From Vulcanimicrobiota bacterium (GTDB taxonomy: Bacteria > Vulcanimicrobiota > Vulcanimicrobiia > Vulcanimicrobiales > Vulcanimicrobiaceae), in contig CAVZQC010000004.1 in NCBI GenBank assembly GCA_963777315.1, positions 800,001 to 864,000 of the forward strand: DNA of 64,000 bases, written 5' to 3'. The notes under the pieces were generated by a model. That model was not told the DNA's origin. It did no database searches and saw only the letters and a list, made by a program, of their open reading frames with translations. Both the position numbers and the translations under genes were made by a program. Below, piece after piece: positions 47,680 through 56,424 of the stretch; the first letter of the stretch is position 1, and every line of letters starts with the position of its first letter.

Positions 47680-49109
47680 TCGCCGCTCTTGTTTTAGCCG
47701 CGCTGTTCGCCACAACCCAAACCCACTACGCCGTTGCTACGAGCAGCGCGCAAGCCCAAGCCGATTTCGACCGCGGGCTCACTCTGCTCTACGCGTATAA
47801 CGGCACGCAGGCGCAGCCCGCGTTTACCGGCGCGCTGGACGCCGATCCGCACCTGGCAATGGCGGCCTGGGGTCTTGCGCTAGCCAACGGAACGGATTTG
47901 AACACGGGCTTGGATCCCGTTCGCTTTGCCCGAGCGCAGAGTGCCGCGCAAAAGGCCGCTGGCCTTGCGGCATATGCTACGCCCGAGGAGCGGCTATACA
48001 TCGCGGCCGCCGTGGCGCGTTACGCCGGTACGTACGACCAGCGCGAGTTCGACGAAGCGCGGTACCGTACCGATATGGCGCAACTAGTCGCGCAGTATCC
48101 GCTCGACGATGATGCCGCAATGCTCGACGCCGAAGCGATCATGGAGCACGCCGGAACCTCGGGCATGTGGAACGAGCAAGGCACACAGCCTACGCCGGAC
48201 GGCCAACAGGCACTTTCGCTCATCGAACGCGTACTCGCGCGCGATCCGAACCACATAATGGCCAATCATTTGTGCGTGCACGCGTACGATTATGCCGCCG
48301 ACCGTACCGCGGCGACGGCATGTGCGGACCGACTTGCATCGTGGCGGTTCGATCCGGCGCAGGAACATCTGGCTCATATGCCTGCGCACACGTATGTGGA
48401 AACCGGCCAATACGCCAAAGCGGTGCGCGCGTCGGAATATGCGTGGACTCTGCGCGAGCAATCCGATGCCGAATTGAAATACGGACCGCACGATGCATAT
48501 ACCGGATGGACTGCCGCGCTGATGCTCGGCGATCTCCACGTCGCCGAAGTTTGGGCGGCGCGGACGGGATCGCAATACGGCGGCAGCGACTTGTGGGCGA
48601 CGTGGGCGCGCTTTGGCCAGTGGAATCGCATTTCCGGCTCCCACGCGCAGAATGAATTTTACGCACCGCTCGTGCGCGGATGGACCGACGTGCGCTTCGG
48701 CGTGATGCCGGATGCGAGGAAAATGCTCGCCTTGTACGGCAGCACGGATACCGATTATCGTTGGCTGCTCGAGTCGGTCGTCGACGAAGGGGAAGGCCGA
48801 CTTCAGCCGGCCGTCGCAGCGCTGGCACAGGCCATACGCTACCAGCAACGCGAGGATCGCGCCGAACAGCTGCCCGTGTTTCCCGCGAGCGAGTTGCTGG
48901 GCGCGCTGTATTATCGTCACGCGCTGTACCCGCAAGCAAGTGATGCGTTCGAAGCTGCGCTCGGGCAATATCCGAACGATCCCCGCGCGCTCTACGGTTT
49001 AGCCCTGGCGCAGCGCGCCTTGGGTCAGACCGCGCGTTCCGCCGAAACGCTCAAAACGTTCAGCAGCGTTTGGGATTCGCCCGCACCACCCGATATGCGG
49101 GCTCCCTAA
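47676..49109 (+). CDS. Secreted TPR-repeat protein
   Basis: GTGA overlap, signal peptide, TPR-like helices, HLCVH and HLAHMPAH motifs. Confidence 0.8.
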   Translation: MIAALVLAALFATTQTHYAVATSSAQAQADFDRGLTLLYAYNGTQAQPAFTGALDADPHLAMAAWGLALANGTDLNTGLDPVRFARAQSAAQKAAGLAAYATPEERLYIAAAVARYAGTYDQREFDEARYRTDMAQLVAQYPLDDDAAMLDAEAIMEHAGTSGMWNEQGTQPTPDGQQALSLIERVLARDPNHIMANHLCVHAYDYAADRTAATACADRLASWRFDPAQEHLAHMPAHTYVETGQYAKAVRASEYAWTLREQSDAELKYGPHDAYTGWTAALMLGDLHVAEVWAARTGSQYGGSDLWATWARFGQWNRISGSHAQNEFYAPLVRGWTDVRFGVMPDARKMLALYGSTDTDYRWLLESVVDEGEGRLQPAVAALAQAIRYQQREDRAEQLPVFPASELLGALYYRHALYPQASDAFEAALGQYPNDPRALYGLALAQRALGQTARSAETLKTFSSVWDSPAPPDMRAP

Positions 49110-49114
49110 CGCGG

Positions 49115-49309
49115 TCATACTTCGCGATTGCGCAGCGCCTGCGCCAGCCCCCCGAGCAGATCGCTCAGCGCTTGCGCGCGGTCCGCTATGTGGCCGCGAA
49201 TACCGCTACTTCGGCCGCTTTCCAGCGTTCGTATCAGCCGGGCGCGAGCAGCGCCGGCATGCAGTTCTTCGCGGCGCCGTTGGATGTCCGCACTGATCCA
49301 GTGCTCCAT
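49115..49309 (-). CDS. Small helical protein, 64 aa (MEHWISADIQRRREEL...)
   Basis: AGAGAGG RBS 6 nt before ATG; immediately downstream of a leader terminator. Confidence 0.75.
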   Translation of the reverse strand: MEHWISADIQRRREELHAGAARARLIRTLESGRSSGIRGHIADRAQALSDLLGGLAQALRNREV

Positions 49310-49341
49310 TGGTCGCCTCTCTTTTAACGAAAGAAGTGTAT

Positions 49342-49374
49342 AAAAAAGCCTCCGTTGCATTTGCGCGGAGGCTT
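49342..49374 (-). terminator. Intrinsic terminator in the 5' leader (attenuator)
   Basis: AAGCCTCCG-cgcaaatgcaa-CGGAGGCTT-TTTT, 32 nt upstream of ATG 49309. Confidence 0.88.
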
Positions 49375-49399
49375 GGAACGCTACGCCGATCGCCGACGG

Positions 49400-49522
49400 C
49401 TAGGTCGGTCCTCGGCTCACGCAAGCTCCGCAAAATACGGCGTCACTACGAATGACGGTCGGGTCGAACGCCACAGCGAACTGAACGTGCATTCCCTTGC
49501 TCCGCGTTTCAAAAAATTTCAT
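49400..49522 (-). CDS. 40-aa leader peptide MKFFETRSKGMHVQFAVAFDPTVIRSDAVFCGACVSRGPT
   Basis: Own translation (below ORF-track cutoff); strong RBS AAAGGAGTGA 8 nt upstream; stop 25 nt before terminator. Confidence 0.75.
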   Translation of the reverse strand: MKFFETRSKGMHVQFAVAFDPTVIRSDAVFCGACVSRGPT

Positions 49523-49577
49523 AACTGCCGTCACTCCTTTCTTTATTTGCGCGACGCCTCGTCGAAAAAGTCTCCTC

Positions 49578-49607
49578 ACGATAGCACGCGCCCGCTCGCA
49601 GTGTCAA
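49578..49607 (-). promoter_or_regulatory. Sigma70 promoter TTGACA-N18-TATCGT with extended TG
   Basis: Perfect -35 at 49607-49602, TGcTATCGT at 49586-49578. Confidence 0.75.
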
Positions 49608-49718
49608 ACGGCGTTCCAGCGGCGGTCCAGCATGCGTGCGGCCGCCAATTAACGCGCGTGCCCATCGGGAATCACTTTAGGTAGAGGAATCAATTCGAGA
49701 AGTGAGAGGCTTGGTTCA

Positions 49719-50420
49719 GTGAACAACTCATCGACCATAACGCGACCGCCCGAACAGCAATGGACGCAGGGCGGTCCGGTTAAAACAGTCATTGAAAGCA
49801 CCGAAATTCAGCGCCGTGAGGCAACTTCGGAGGCCAGCATCGGTGAACCCGGCGCCATGGGCCTGTTCGGCTTCTGCGTCGGCACCGTCGTTATTGCTTG
49901 GGTGCTCTCCGGTTGGGCCGCGATGCCCGGGTCGCTCATCGCTGCGGTGCCTGCGCTGCTGGTCTTCGCCGGCGTCGGGCAATTCATCGCCGGCTTGTAC
50001 GCACTATCGCGTACGAACACGTGGTCCGGCACGACGATGTGCGCATACGGTGCGAATAACGTGATCATCGCTGCATTCATATGGATGCAAGCCGGCGGCC
50101 TCATTCCGCGCACTCCGAGCAACATGCTGCTGCTGGCCGTCGATCTATTCTGCATGGGATATATTTCGCTGGCCCTGATGATCGGCGCACTGCGGCTCAA
50201 CGTCACGTACGTGCTTATTACGGCGTGCTTGATCGCCGGCTACACGCTCCCCGGCATTCAGTTCCTGGGCGCGGCCCGCGAACTCGGCATCCTGGGCGGC
50301 TACTTCCTGCTTGCAGCATCGTTCTTTGCGTTCTATGCCGCAACCGCAACGATCGTGAACAGTGCATGGCAACGTGAGGTCGTACCGCTGTTCTCGCTGT
50401 CGCAAAGGCGCCGCGCATAG
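49719..50420 (+). CDS. GPR1/FUN34/YaaH (SatP-like) acetate transporter
   Basis: EPGAMGLFGF (NPAPLGL-like), GVGQFIAG, six TM helices, VVPL end. Confidence 0.85.
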   Translation: MNNSSTITRPPEQQWTQGGPVKTVIESTEIQRREATSEASIGEPGAMGLFGFCVGTVVIAWVLSGWAAMPGSLIAAVPALLVFAGVGQFIAGLYALSRTNTWSGTTMCAYGANNVIIAAFIWMQAGGLIPRTPSNMLLLAVDLFCMGYISLALMIGALRLNVTYVLITACLIAGYTLPGIQFLGAARELGILGGYFLLAASFFAFYAATATIVNSAWQREVVPLFSLSQRRRA

Positions 50421-50440
50421 AATAGCGTCGACCCGTTGAG

Positions 50441-50493
50441 GAAAAGGGGCCCGCGGCCGTGGTGAAAAACTTGGCGGCCGCAGGGTCCTTTTC
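50441..50493 (+). terminator. Long imperfect hairpin between the transporter and tRNA-Val
   Basis: GAAAAGGGGCCCGCGGCCG ... CGGCCGCAGGGTCCTTTTC. Confidence 0.5.
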
Positions 50494-50509
50494 ATACTGT
50501 GGTCGATGC

Positions 50510-50584
50510 GGGCGGTTAGCTCAGTGGGAGAGCGCTTCCTTGACACGGAAGAGGTCAGAAGTTCAATCCTTCTACCGCCCACCA
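50510..50584 (+). tRNA. tRNA-Val(GAC)
   Basis: GGGCGGTTAGCTCAG..CTTCC TT GAC AC GGAAG..GTTCAATC..ACCA. Confidence 0.96.
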
Positions 50585-50604
50585 CTTTGGAAGCGTTCCT
50601 CCGC

Positions 50605-50901
50605 ATGAACGAAAACTTCAACGATCTCTTCAGCATCGAAGGCGCGCGCGTTGACAACGACGGCATCGCGCCCGGCGACAATCTGTGGGGCGCGCCCGAT
50701 CCCGGTTTCACGTCGTCAGAGTTCGTGAAGAAGCCGCGCACTGCGCCGGCCGTTCCGCCACCCGCGCAGTCAATAGATGCAGCGCCCGGGGATGAATCGC
50801 AGGCGAAATCGACGGAACAGTTAGACGCGTTATCCGATGCAATGCACCGCTTGACCGATACGGCGGAAGTGGCGCGGAGGACACGTAGGTTAGACAAATA
50901 A
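50605..50901 (+). CDS. Hypothetical acidic/low-complexity protein
   Basis: 98-aa ORF with host-like composition; no motif. Confidence 0.5.
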   Translation: MNENFNDLFSIEGARVDNDGIAPGDNLWGAPDPGFTSSEFVKKPRTAPAVPPPAQSIDAAPGDESQAKSTEQLDALSDAMHRLTDTAEVARRTRRLDK

Positions 50902-51208
50902 AGCGTTACTCAGAGATCGGCACAGAATAGCTCCGTAAGAATGGGCCTCTTGCGCCCGTCTGACCACCAGAGACGACCTTGTGAAATTTCGCCTTTGTCA
51001 GTTGTCGGTTTACGAGGCCGTAGCCGTATTCTACGGCTTCCGAAATGAGGGTACGCTCTACTACGTTTAGGAGTCGTTTTGGCTGTTGTCCTTGTTTTGG
51101 TATAACCTCTCCAATCAATACGGAACGCGCGCCGCTCTTTGCATCGTTAAGAGCCTTCATAAGCGCAATGAAGTTGCCCGGCTCTCGTGGAGAGTTTTAG
51201 ATTGGAAA

Positions 51209-52051
51209 TCACGCCGCGGTTTCCCGCTCATATGCGGCGGGAGAGCGGTAGCCCAGAGCTGAGTGGCGACGATGCCGATTGTACCAGCCCTCGATGAAGT
51301 CGAAGATAGCAAGTTCGGCTTCCTTATGCGTGCGGAACCGGTTCCGATCGAGTAGTTCGCATTCGAGCGTCGCATTGAAGCTCTCGCACATCGCGTTGTC
51401 GTAGCAATCACCAACTGAACCCATCGACGGACGAACTCCAGCTTCCCGGCACCGAGATCCGAAAGCAATCGAGGTGTATTGCGTTCCTTGATCGGAATGA
51501 TGAATGACGCTTTCGGGCCTACGACGTTCAATCGCCATGTTGAGCGCATCGAGTACAAGTTGCGTGCGCATGTTCGAGCTCATTGCATAGCCGACGATTC
51601 GGCGGCTAAACGCGTCGAGAACGACTGCAAGAAACAAGAACCCGGCGTAGGTTGGGATGTACGTGATATCAGCAACCCACAGTTTGTCTGGTGCGTTAGC
51701 GATGAATTTTCGATCGACAAGATCCGGTGCGGGTCGAGCATCTCGATCACGCACGGTCGTCCGAACGCCCTTACGGCGGCTTGCGCCTACGAGATTTCGC
51801 TCGTTCATGAGTCGCGCAAGTCGGTCGTTGCTCAGGGTAATGCCCTCGTCTTTCAACTCGGCCTTGATGCGTGGTCGACCGTACGTGTTGCGAGAGCGTC
51901 GATGAATTGCCTCGATGCGATCACCAAGTTCAATGTCGCGCCGCGCTTGCGCTGACGGTGGACGATTGAGCCACGCATAGTACCCGCTGGCGGAGACCTC
52001 CAGAACCCGGCACATCGTGGAAATGTGGAATTTGGCCTGGTAGCTCTTCAC
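51209..52051 (-). CDS. IS3 transposase OrfB (DDE)
   Basis: WVADITY, HHSDQGTQY, DNAMCESF. Confidence 0.96.
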   Translation of the reverse strand: MKSYQAKFHISTMCRVLEVSASGYYAWLNRPPSAQARRDIELGDRIEAIHRRSRNTYGRPRIKAELKDEGITLSNDRLARLMNERNLVGASRRKGVRTTVRDRDARPAPDLVDRKFIANAPDKLWVADITYIPTYAGFLFLAVVLDAFSRRIVGYAMSSNMRTQLVLDALNMAIERRRPESVIHHSDQGTQYTSIAFGSRCREAGVRPSMGSVGDCYDNAMCESFNATLECELLDRNRFRTHKEAELAIFDFIEGWYNRHRRHSALGYRSPAAYERETAA

Positions 52052-52365
52052 GAGTCGGAAGATTTCTTGGGGATCACGTCGGTCTCCCGAGCAAACCAGG
52101 CCGCGGCTTTTGACAAGATTTCATTCTCGATCGTGAGTCGCTTGTTTTCACGTCGAAGTTTCGAGAGTTCTGCTCGTTCTTCGCTGGTCAATCCGTCGGT
52201 GCGCTTGCCAGTATCGAGATCGACCTGCTTTTCCCAATTGCGAATCGTTTGTGGTGCAAGCTCGAATTCGGCGGCCAACTCATCTATGCGGCGACCGGTA
52301 CGCAGCAGTTCAAGAACTTTATGCCGGAAGTCCGGCGGGTAGGAGTGCGGACGCTTTTTGCCCAT
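52048..52365 (-). CDS. IS3 transposase OrfA (HTH plus leucine zipper)
   Basis: YPPDFR, TIRNW, LRRENKRL..ENEILSKAAAWFA. Confidence 0.94.
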   Translation of the reverse strand: MGKKRPHSYPPDFRHKVLELLRTGRRIDELAAEFELAPQTIRNWEKQVDLDTGKRTDGLTSEERAELSKLRRENKRLTIENEILSKAAAWFARETDVIPKKSSDS

Positions 52366-53173
52366 TGGTGGACCCTTCTCCGCCAAAGCGGAAGTGTCCA
52401 CGAGAGCCGGGCAACTTCACAACGTTCTGTTTCAGATGCTGGTCTATCCGAACTCGAAGGTTATCGGCCTGCCCAATGTAGATTGGCTCGTATGTTTTCC
52501 GCAAACTTTCTGCAAAAAACGTAAATGCCGATTCGTTGCGGTATTCGCTTCTTGGCCTCGTCTGGTACGATATAATACTGAGGAACATCCTTAGGCGCTC
52601 GCGCTAAGTTAACTGGGGTGCGCCAGATGATTTTGATGTCCATAAAACAATCGACTCACCCTTCGTTGGAATGTTTAGTGCATCAACGTATTTGAAGCGT
52701 GAGGCTGTATTCGTTATTTTAAGTTGGTATTCCTCAAGGGAATAGCATTCGGCGCTCGGGACTCCCTCGACGAGCGCGCTCCACGTTCCGCGCCTATGTC
52801 GTGATAGTCGGCCAGCGCAGCGGACTCCGTTGTGAAATATCGCTTCAGCGTAAATCAGCCAGCTAGAGGACAACATTGTCATCAAGTCTGCGAACGCATC
52901 TTGAAGCTCCCCGGCCCGACGATCAACGTGGTAAACACGACCCGAAACTGGCCGGATCCGGGTCGGCCTATTATAATCCGGCGCGAGCGGTTAGCGTCGC
53001 AGATACGATGTTCAATGTGTCGGCAAGATTGGGAATCCTAAACTAGAATTGAGAGCGAGACAATGCGTTTTTTGGGGACGACACGGGCTGAAGGGTTCAC
53101 GCTTCCACCGTAGTGCGGAAACGCAGACGGCGCGGCTATAAAATCTCGCCCGCTGCTTACCGATACCAAATGC

Positions 53174-53800
53174 ATGTTAGGCCATACTGCAGGCGCCCAA
53201 AAACTTACAACCGTTTCGCTCATTTTTACGATAGGCGCCCTGCTAGCGACGTTAAGCACAGCTCAAGCAATTGAACCCCCTAACGCGACGACACTTCAGC
53301 ATGCCCTCACGTTTGGAGCCTCCACCCCTGTGGACGCGCTCGTTGTTTTGCCCGAATGGTATCATAACACTCCGGATAACGATTGGGCGCCTACCTTTAC
53401 AATTGCAACGCCATTCTTCGTGGCTGCATTCGCCGAAGCCAGTGCTAAGAAGACCTACAATGAGATCGCGCCTAACATATTGCACTCACTAAAAACGAAC
53501 GATGTGTTAATGTTCGACATCACACTGACCTCAAGTGTCCTTCACGGTAACGACGAACCGGGGTGTGTAATCAAGCAACGTGCGAGAGTCATACATCCGC
53601 TTGCTGTGAACCTTGGGCCTCAAGAGGTAGTTGATGTCGGGGAGGAGGGTGACTCTGCCTTCAGACGGGAGTTTCGCTGTAATTTTTCTCTAAGCGCCTT
53701 CAAATATAATGAGCCCTTCACGCTCGCCCTTGTAAATATCATGGCGGGTCTGGACGACACAGAGAAGGACTATGATTTGGAACCCAGCACCTTCCGCTAG
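53174..53800 (+). CDS. Secreted hypothetical protein (atypical composition)
   Basis: 208-aa ORF in AT-richer DNA, signal peptide ending AQA. Confidence 0.65.
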   Translation: MLGHTAGAQKLTTVSLIFTIGALLATLSTAQAIEPPNATTLQHALTFGASTPVDALVVLPEWYHNTPDNDWAPTFTIATPFFVAAFAEASAKKTYNEIAPNILHSLKTNDVLMFDITLTSSVLHGNDEPGCVIKQRARVIHPLAVNLGPQEVVDVGEEGDSAFRREFRCNFSLSAFKYNEPFTLALVNIMAGLDDTEKDYDLEPSTFR

Positions 53801-53863
53801 AAGCGCTATTCTCACGATTTAAATAGTTCCGAACCGATGTTCGGTCATTTATTTACGTGCTGG

Positions 53864-54124
53864 TCACGTCAGTACAACACCGCGAGTCCGTCGGCAGCCC
53901 CCGGCTTTGGCGGCAGAACATCTCTCTTCGGGCGTATCGCCGCATTGCCACGTCAGGCCCTCCAGGGGTTCGCCGGGTAACTCCGTCCTCGAGCCGTTCG
54001 AGTCTGCAGCGAAAACCGTGATTTGCGCTTGCTGCATCTGCGACGTATCGATCGGCTCGCCCAATTCGGCAACCAATGCCTCTCGCGTCCACACCGGTAT
54101 CTGTAAATCCGATTCGTCATTCAT
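53864..54124 (-). CDS. Hypothetical small protein
   Basis: 86-aa ORF downstream of the DMFase-like gene; start uncertain. Confidence 0.4.
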   Translation of the reverse strand: MNDESDLQIPVWTREALVAELGEPIDTSQMQQAQITVFAADSNGSRTELPGEPLEGLTWQCGDTPEERCSAAKAGGCRRTRGVVLT

Positions 54125-54163
54125 GACTATGGTGTTTTCCCCCAAATTCAACGCGGCGTCGCC

Positions 54164-55432
54164 TCATCGATCCAAAAAGCGGTCCAGCACGTTGCGCGTA
54201 ATGCCCGCGACGATGGGCTCTCCTGCGTGCAGCACGCGCGCCCAGTCGACCGTCGACGCAGTAAACACCATGCCGTTGTTGCAGCGCACTCCCAGCGTGG
54301 CGCGCGCGTTGGGTGAACGTTCGCCCGAACCGTCGCTTACGGACCAGTCGTCCAGCGACCCCTGAGCGAGTATCTCCAGATCGCTTTGGGGCGCCGCGCC
54401 GTCGCACTCATAACCCAGCAGGCGCTGCTCAAAACCGAAGGCGTCCCCGTCGGACACATTCAACCCCGCGAACGCCCAGTGCCGCACGCCCGTCGCGTGA
54501 TACCCGGACGGCGGCCGCGTGCCGATCCACTTTCCGCCGCCGAAGGCATACGAAACGCCGGTCGTCTTCCACTCCGGAACGTCGGCCCAGCGGCCCACTC
54601 TGCTGATTGCGCGCGCGGCATGATCGTAGCGAACGCAAAACCAGCCGGTATTGCCGCCGAAGAACGCGACGTTGCCTCCAGCCGCAACGAACGCGTCTAT
54701 CCGCGCGCGCATCTCGCGCGTCCAGTACTCGAAATGTCCGAACGATGCCAGCGCAGCGTATTGCGCGAGGTTCACGCTCCCGTCGTGCAATTCCAAATCA
54801 GTGCAGCAGTCGTATTCGTATCCGTGCGTTTCCAGCCACGACAGCGCCTTGGCGTCCCAGTGCGCGAACGTTTGCCGCGGCGATGCCGTATCGTACCGGT
54901 CCACGTTGACTTCATCCCACGGATGTCCGCCCACGCCCCCGCCCGGCCGATGCAGCGTAACCCATTTCGACCCGCTGTATAAACAATCGCCTTGGCCCTC
55001 GCCGCGCGTTCCGTCGACATCCGCAACGTTGTACGCGTGGTAGGTAAATAGCGGGAGTACCACCAGCAGCGGTGCGCGCGGTTTTGCATCGCGCACCACG
55101 AAAAGCGCTCGCGCGGACCGCGCGTCGATCTCCGCCAAACCTTCCGGCCGAACCGGGCTTTCGCCGCCATCGCCGTGCAGCACCGCAATGTACGCGCCGG
55201 GCTTAAATGTGCGCGGTATTTCCACTTCGGACGCCGGCCAGTCCCACGCAATGCCGGCCGCGCGCGCCGGCGCAGGCTCCCCTGCAAACCAGCAGTCGCC
55301 CGTGCTCAGCGCTTCAATACGCGATCCGCAACGCGCGAACGTTACGCGAAACCGGCGCGCGTCGCTGGAAACGTGCAGCTTGAGCGAGCCGCCTGGGGTA
55401 ACGCCGGGAACGCCCGGATATGCGCGAATCAC
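54164..55432 (-). CDS. N,N-dimethylformamidase beta-subunit family protein
   Basis: TYHAYN, WLE..GY, GHFEYW, GGNVAFFGGN, GYECD, VFTA..W. Confidence 0.85.
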   Translation of the reverse strand: MIRAYPGVPGVTPGGSLKLHVSSDARRFRVTFARCGSRIEALSTGDCWFAGEPAPARAAGIAWDWPASEVEIPRTFKPGAYIAVLHGDGGESPVRPEGLAEIDARSARALFVVRDAKPRAPLLVVLPLFTYHAYNVADVDGTRGEGQGDCLYSGSKWVTLHRPGGGVGGHPWDEVNVDRYDTASPRQTFAHWDAKALSWLETHGYEYDCCTDLELHDGSVNLAQYAALASFGHFEYWTREMRARIDAFVAAGGNVAFFGGNTGWFCVRYDHAARAISRVGRWADVPEWKTTGVSYAFGGGKWIGTRPPSGYHATGVRHWAFAGLNVSDGDAFGFEQRLLGYECDGAAPQSDLEILAQGSLDDWSVSDGSGERSPNARATLGVRCNNGMVFTASTVDWARVLHAGEPIVAGITRNVLDRFLDR

Positions 55433-56316
55433 TGAGCCGGTGCGGGATCGAACGCTTCTATGCGCCGCTCGAGCTCTCGCGGAATAACGCGGCGTTCACG
55501 AATGACCCACGGCAGTCCGGCAATCGCTTCGGTAAGCGCGGCGCGCGCTACCCGATCGGTTCTGGCCATTTGCGCGTATCGCGCCAGTTCGCGCGCGGCG
55601 CTTGAGAACGAGCGCCGCAGCAGCACGGTCCACAGCCGGTTGCGCAGCATCAGCCGCCGGCGAGCGTCGGGATTGCGGTTCACCGGCGACGGCCGATGGT
55701 GCAGAACGAGATCGTCGCAGTACCACAACGCCCATCCTCGCGCAGCCAAGTCGATAGAAAGCAGCGATTCCTCCGCGCCCATGAAATAGCGAACGTGATA
55801 CCCGCCGGCCTGCAAGAATGCGCTCGCGCGCATGATGCTCGCGCCGGCCATAAAGTACGCGATCGGCACTCCGGCACAGAGCTGGTCGGTTTGCGCACCG
55901 CGCATTGCAACGCATGCGGGATCCGCGCGGTCGTCCGGCCCCACCAGCACGCGCCCGTTGAGCACCGCAACGTTCGCGAAGCGTTCGAACCGCTGCACGG
56001 CGCGCGAGAGCGATCCCGGTGACCAATAACAGTCGTCGTCGCAGAACGCCACGTAGGCCGTTCCCGCTTCGAGCACGCCCACCGTGCGGGCCGCAGCGCC
56101 GAGATTTCGCGCCAGCGGTATGCAGCGAACTCCGGCGAACGATCCGCACAGCGCCGCAGTGTCCTCGGTCGACCCGTTGTCGACCACCACGATAGGCGGA
56201 CGTTCGGGAAGCTCGCACAGCCGTTCGAGCGTTTGAGCCAGAGCGGCGCACCGGTTGTGCGTTGCAATGACGACGGCGCAGTCCCTTACCGGACTGTCGC
56301 CGCTGCGGCCGTTCAC
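55429..56316 (-). CDS. Glycosyltransferase family 2
   Basis: IATHNR, VVDNGS, ARTVG, FCDDD, GAEE, RNRLW. Confidence 0.92.
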   Translation of the reverse strand: MNGRSGDSPVRDCAVVIATHNRCAALAQTLERLCELPERPPIVVVDNGSTEDTAALCGSFAGVRCIPLARNLGAAARTVGVLEAGTAYVAFCDDDCYWSPGSLSRAVQRFERFANVAVLNGRVLVGPDDRADPACVAMRGAQTDQLCAGVPIAYFMAGASIMRASAFLQAGGYHVRYFMGAEESLLSIDLAARGWALWYCDDLVLHHRPSPVNRNPDARRRLMLRNRLWTVLLRRSFSSAARELARYAQMARTDRVARAALTEAIAGLPWVIRERRVIPRELERRIEAFDPAPAQ

Positions 56317-56424
56317 CCGTACCGCATACCCACGAACCGCAGAAGAGCTCGCTTGCGCGATTCCACAGGAAACTCTCAGGACGCACGCGCCCGCAGGTAC
56401 GTTACCTCACCGGAGGAAGCCAGC

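Larger units (their letters stand above)
51169..52419 (-). mobile_element. Complete IS3-family insertion sequence, 1251 bp
   Basis: TG..CA ends, 23-bp perfect IR TGAAGTTGCCCGGCTCTCGTGGA, 3-bp TSD CAA (51166-68 and 52420-22). Confidence 0.96.
50906..52643 (-). pseudogene. GIY-YIG nuclease interrupted by IS3 and a +1 frameshift
   Basis: GIYVF / YIGQADNLRVRIDQH / VVERTL / LVN; removing IS, one TSD copy and base 52501 restores a 160-aa ORF. Confidence 0.85.

Noticed and set aside
52604..53259. Short ORFs in the AT-richer gap
   Set aside because: Mutually overlapping, no motifs or RBS
53805..53855. AT-rich stretch as a dif site or strong terminator
   Set aside because: Does not match XerC/XerD arms; only a 6-bp hairpin CCGAAC/GTTCGG
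50560..54160. attL/attR duplication of the tRNA-Val 3' end bounding an integrated element
   Set aside because: No repeat of the tRNA 3' end and no integrase found by eye
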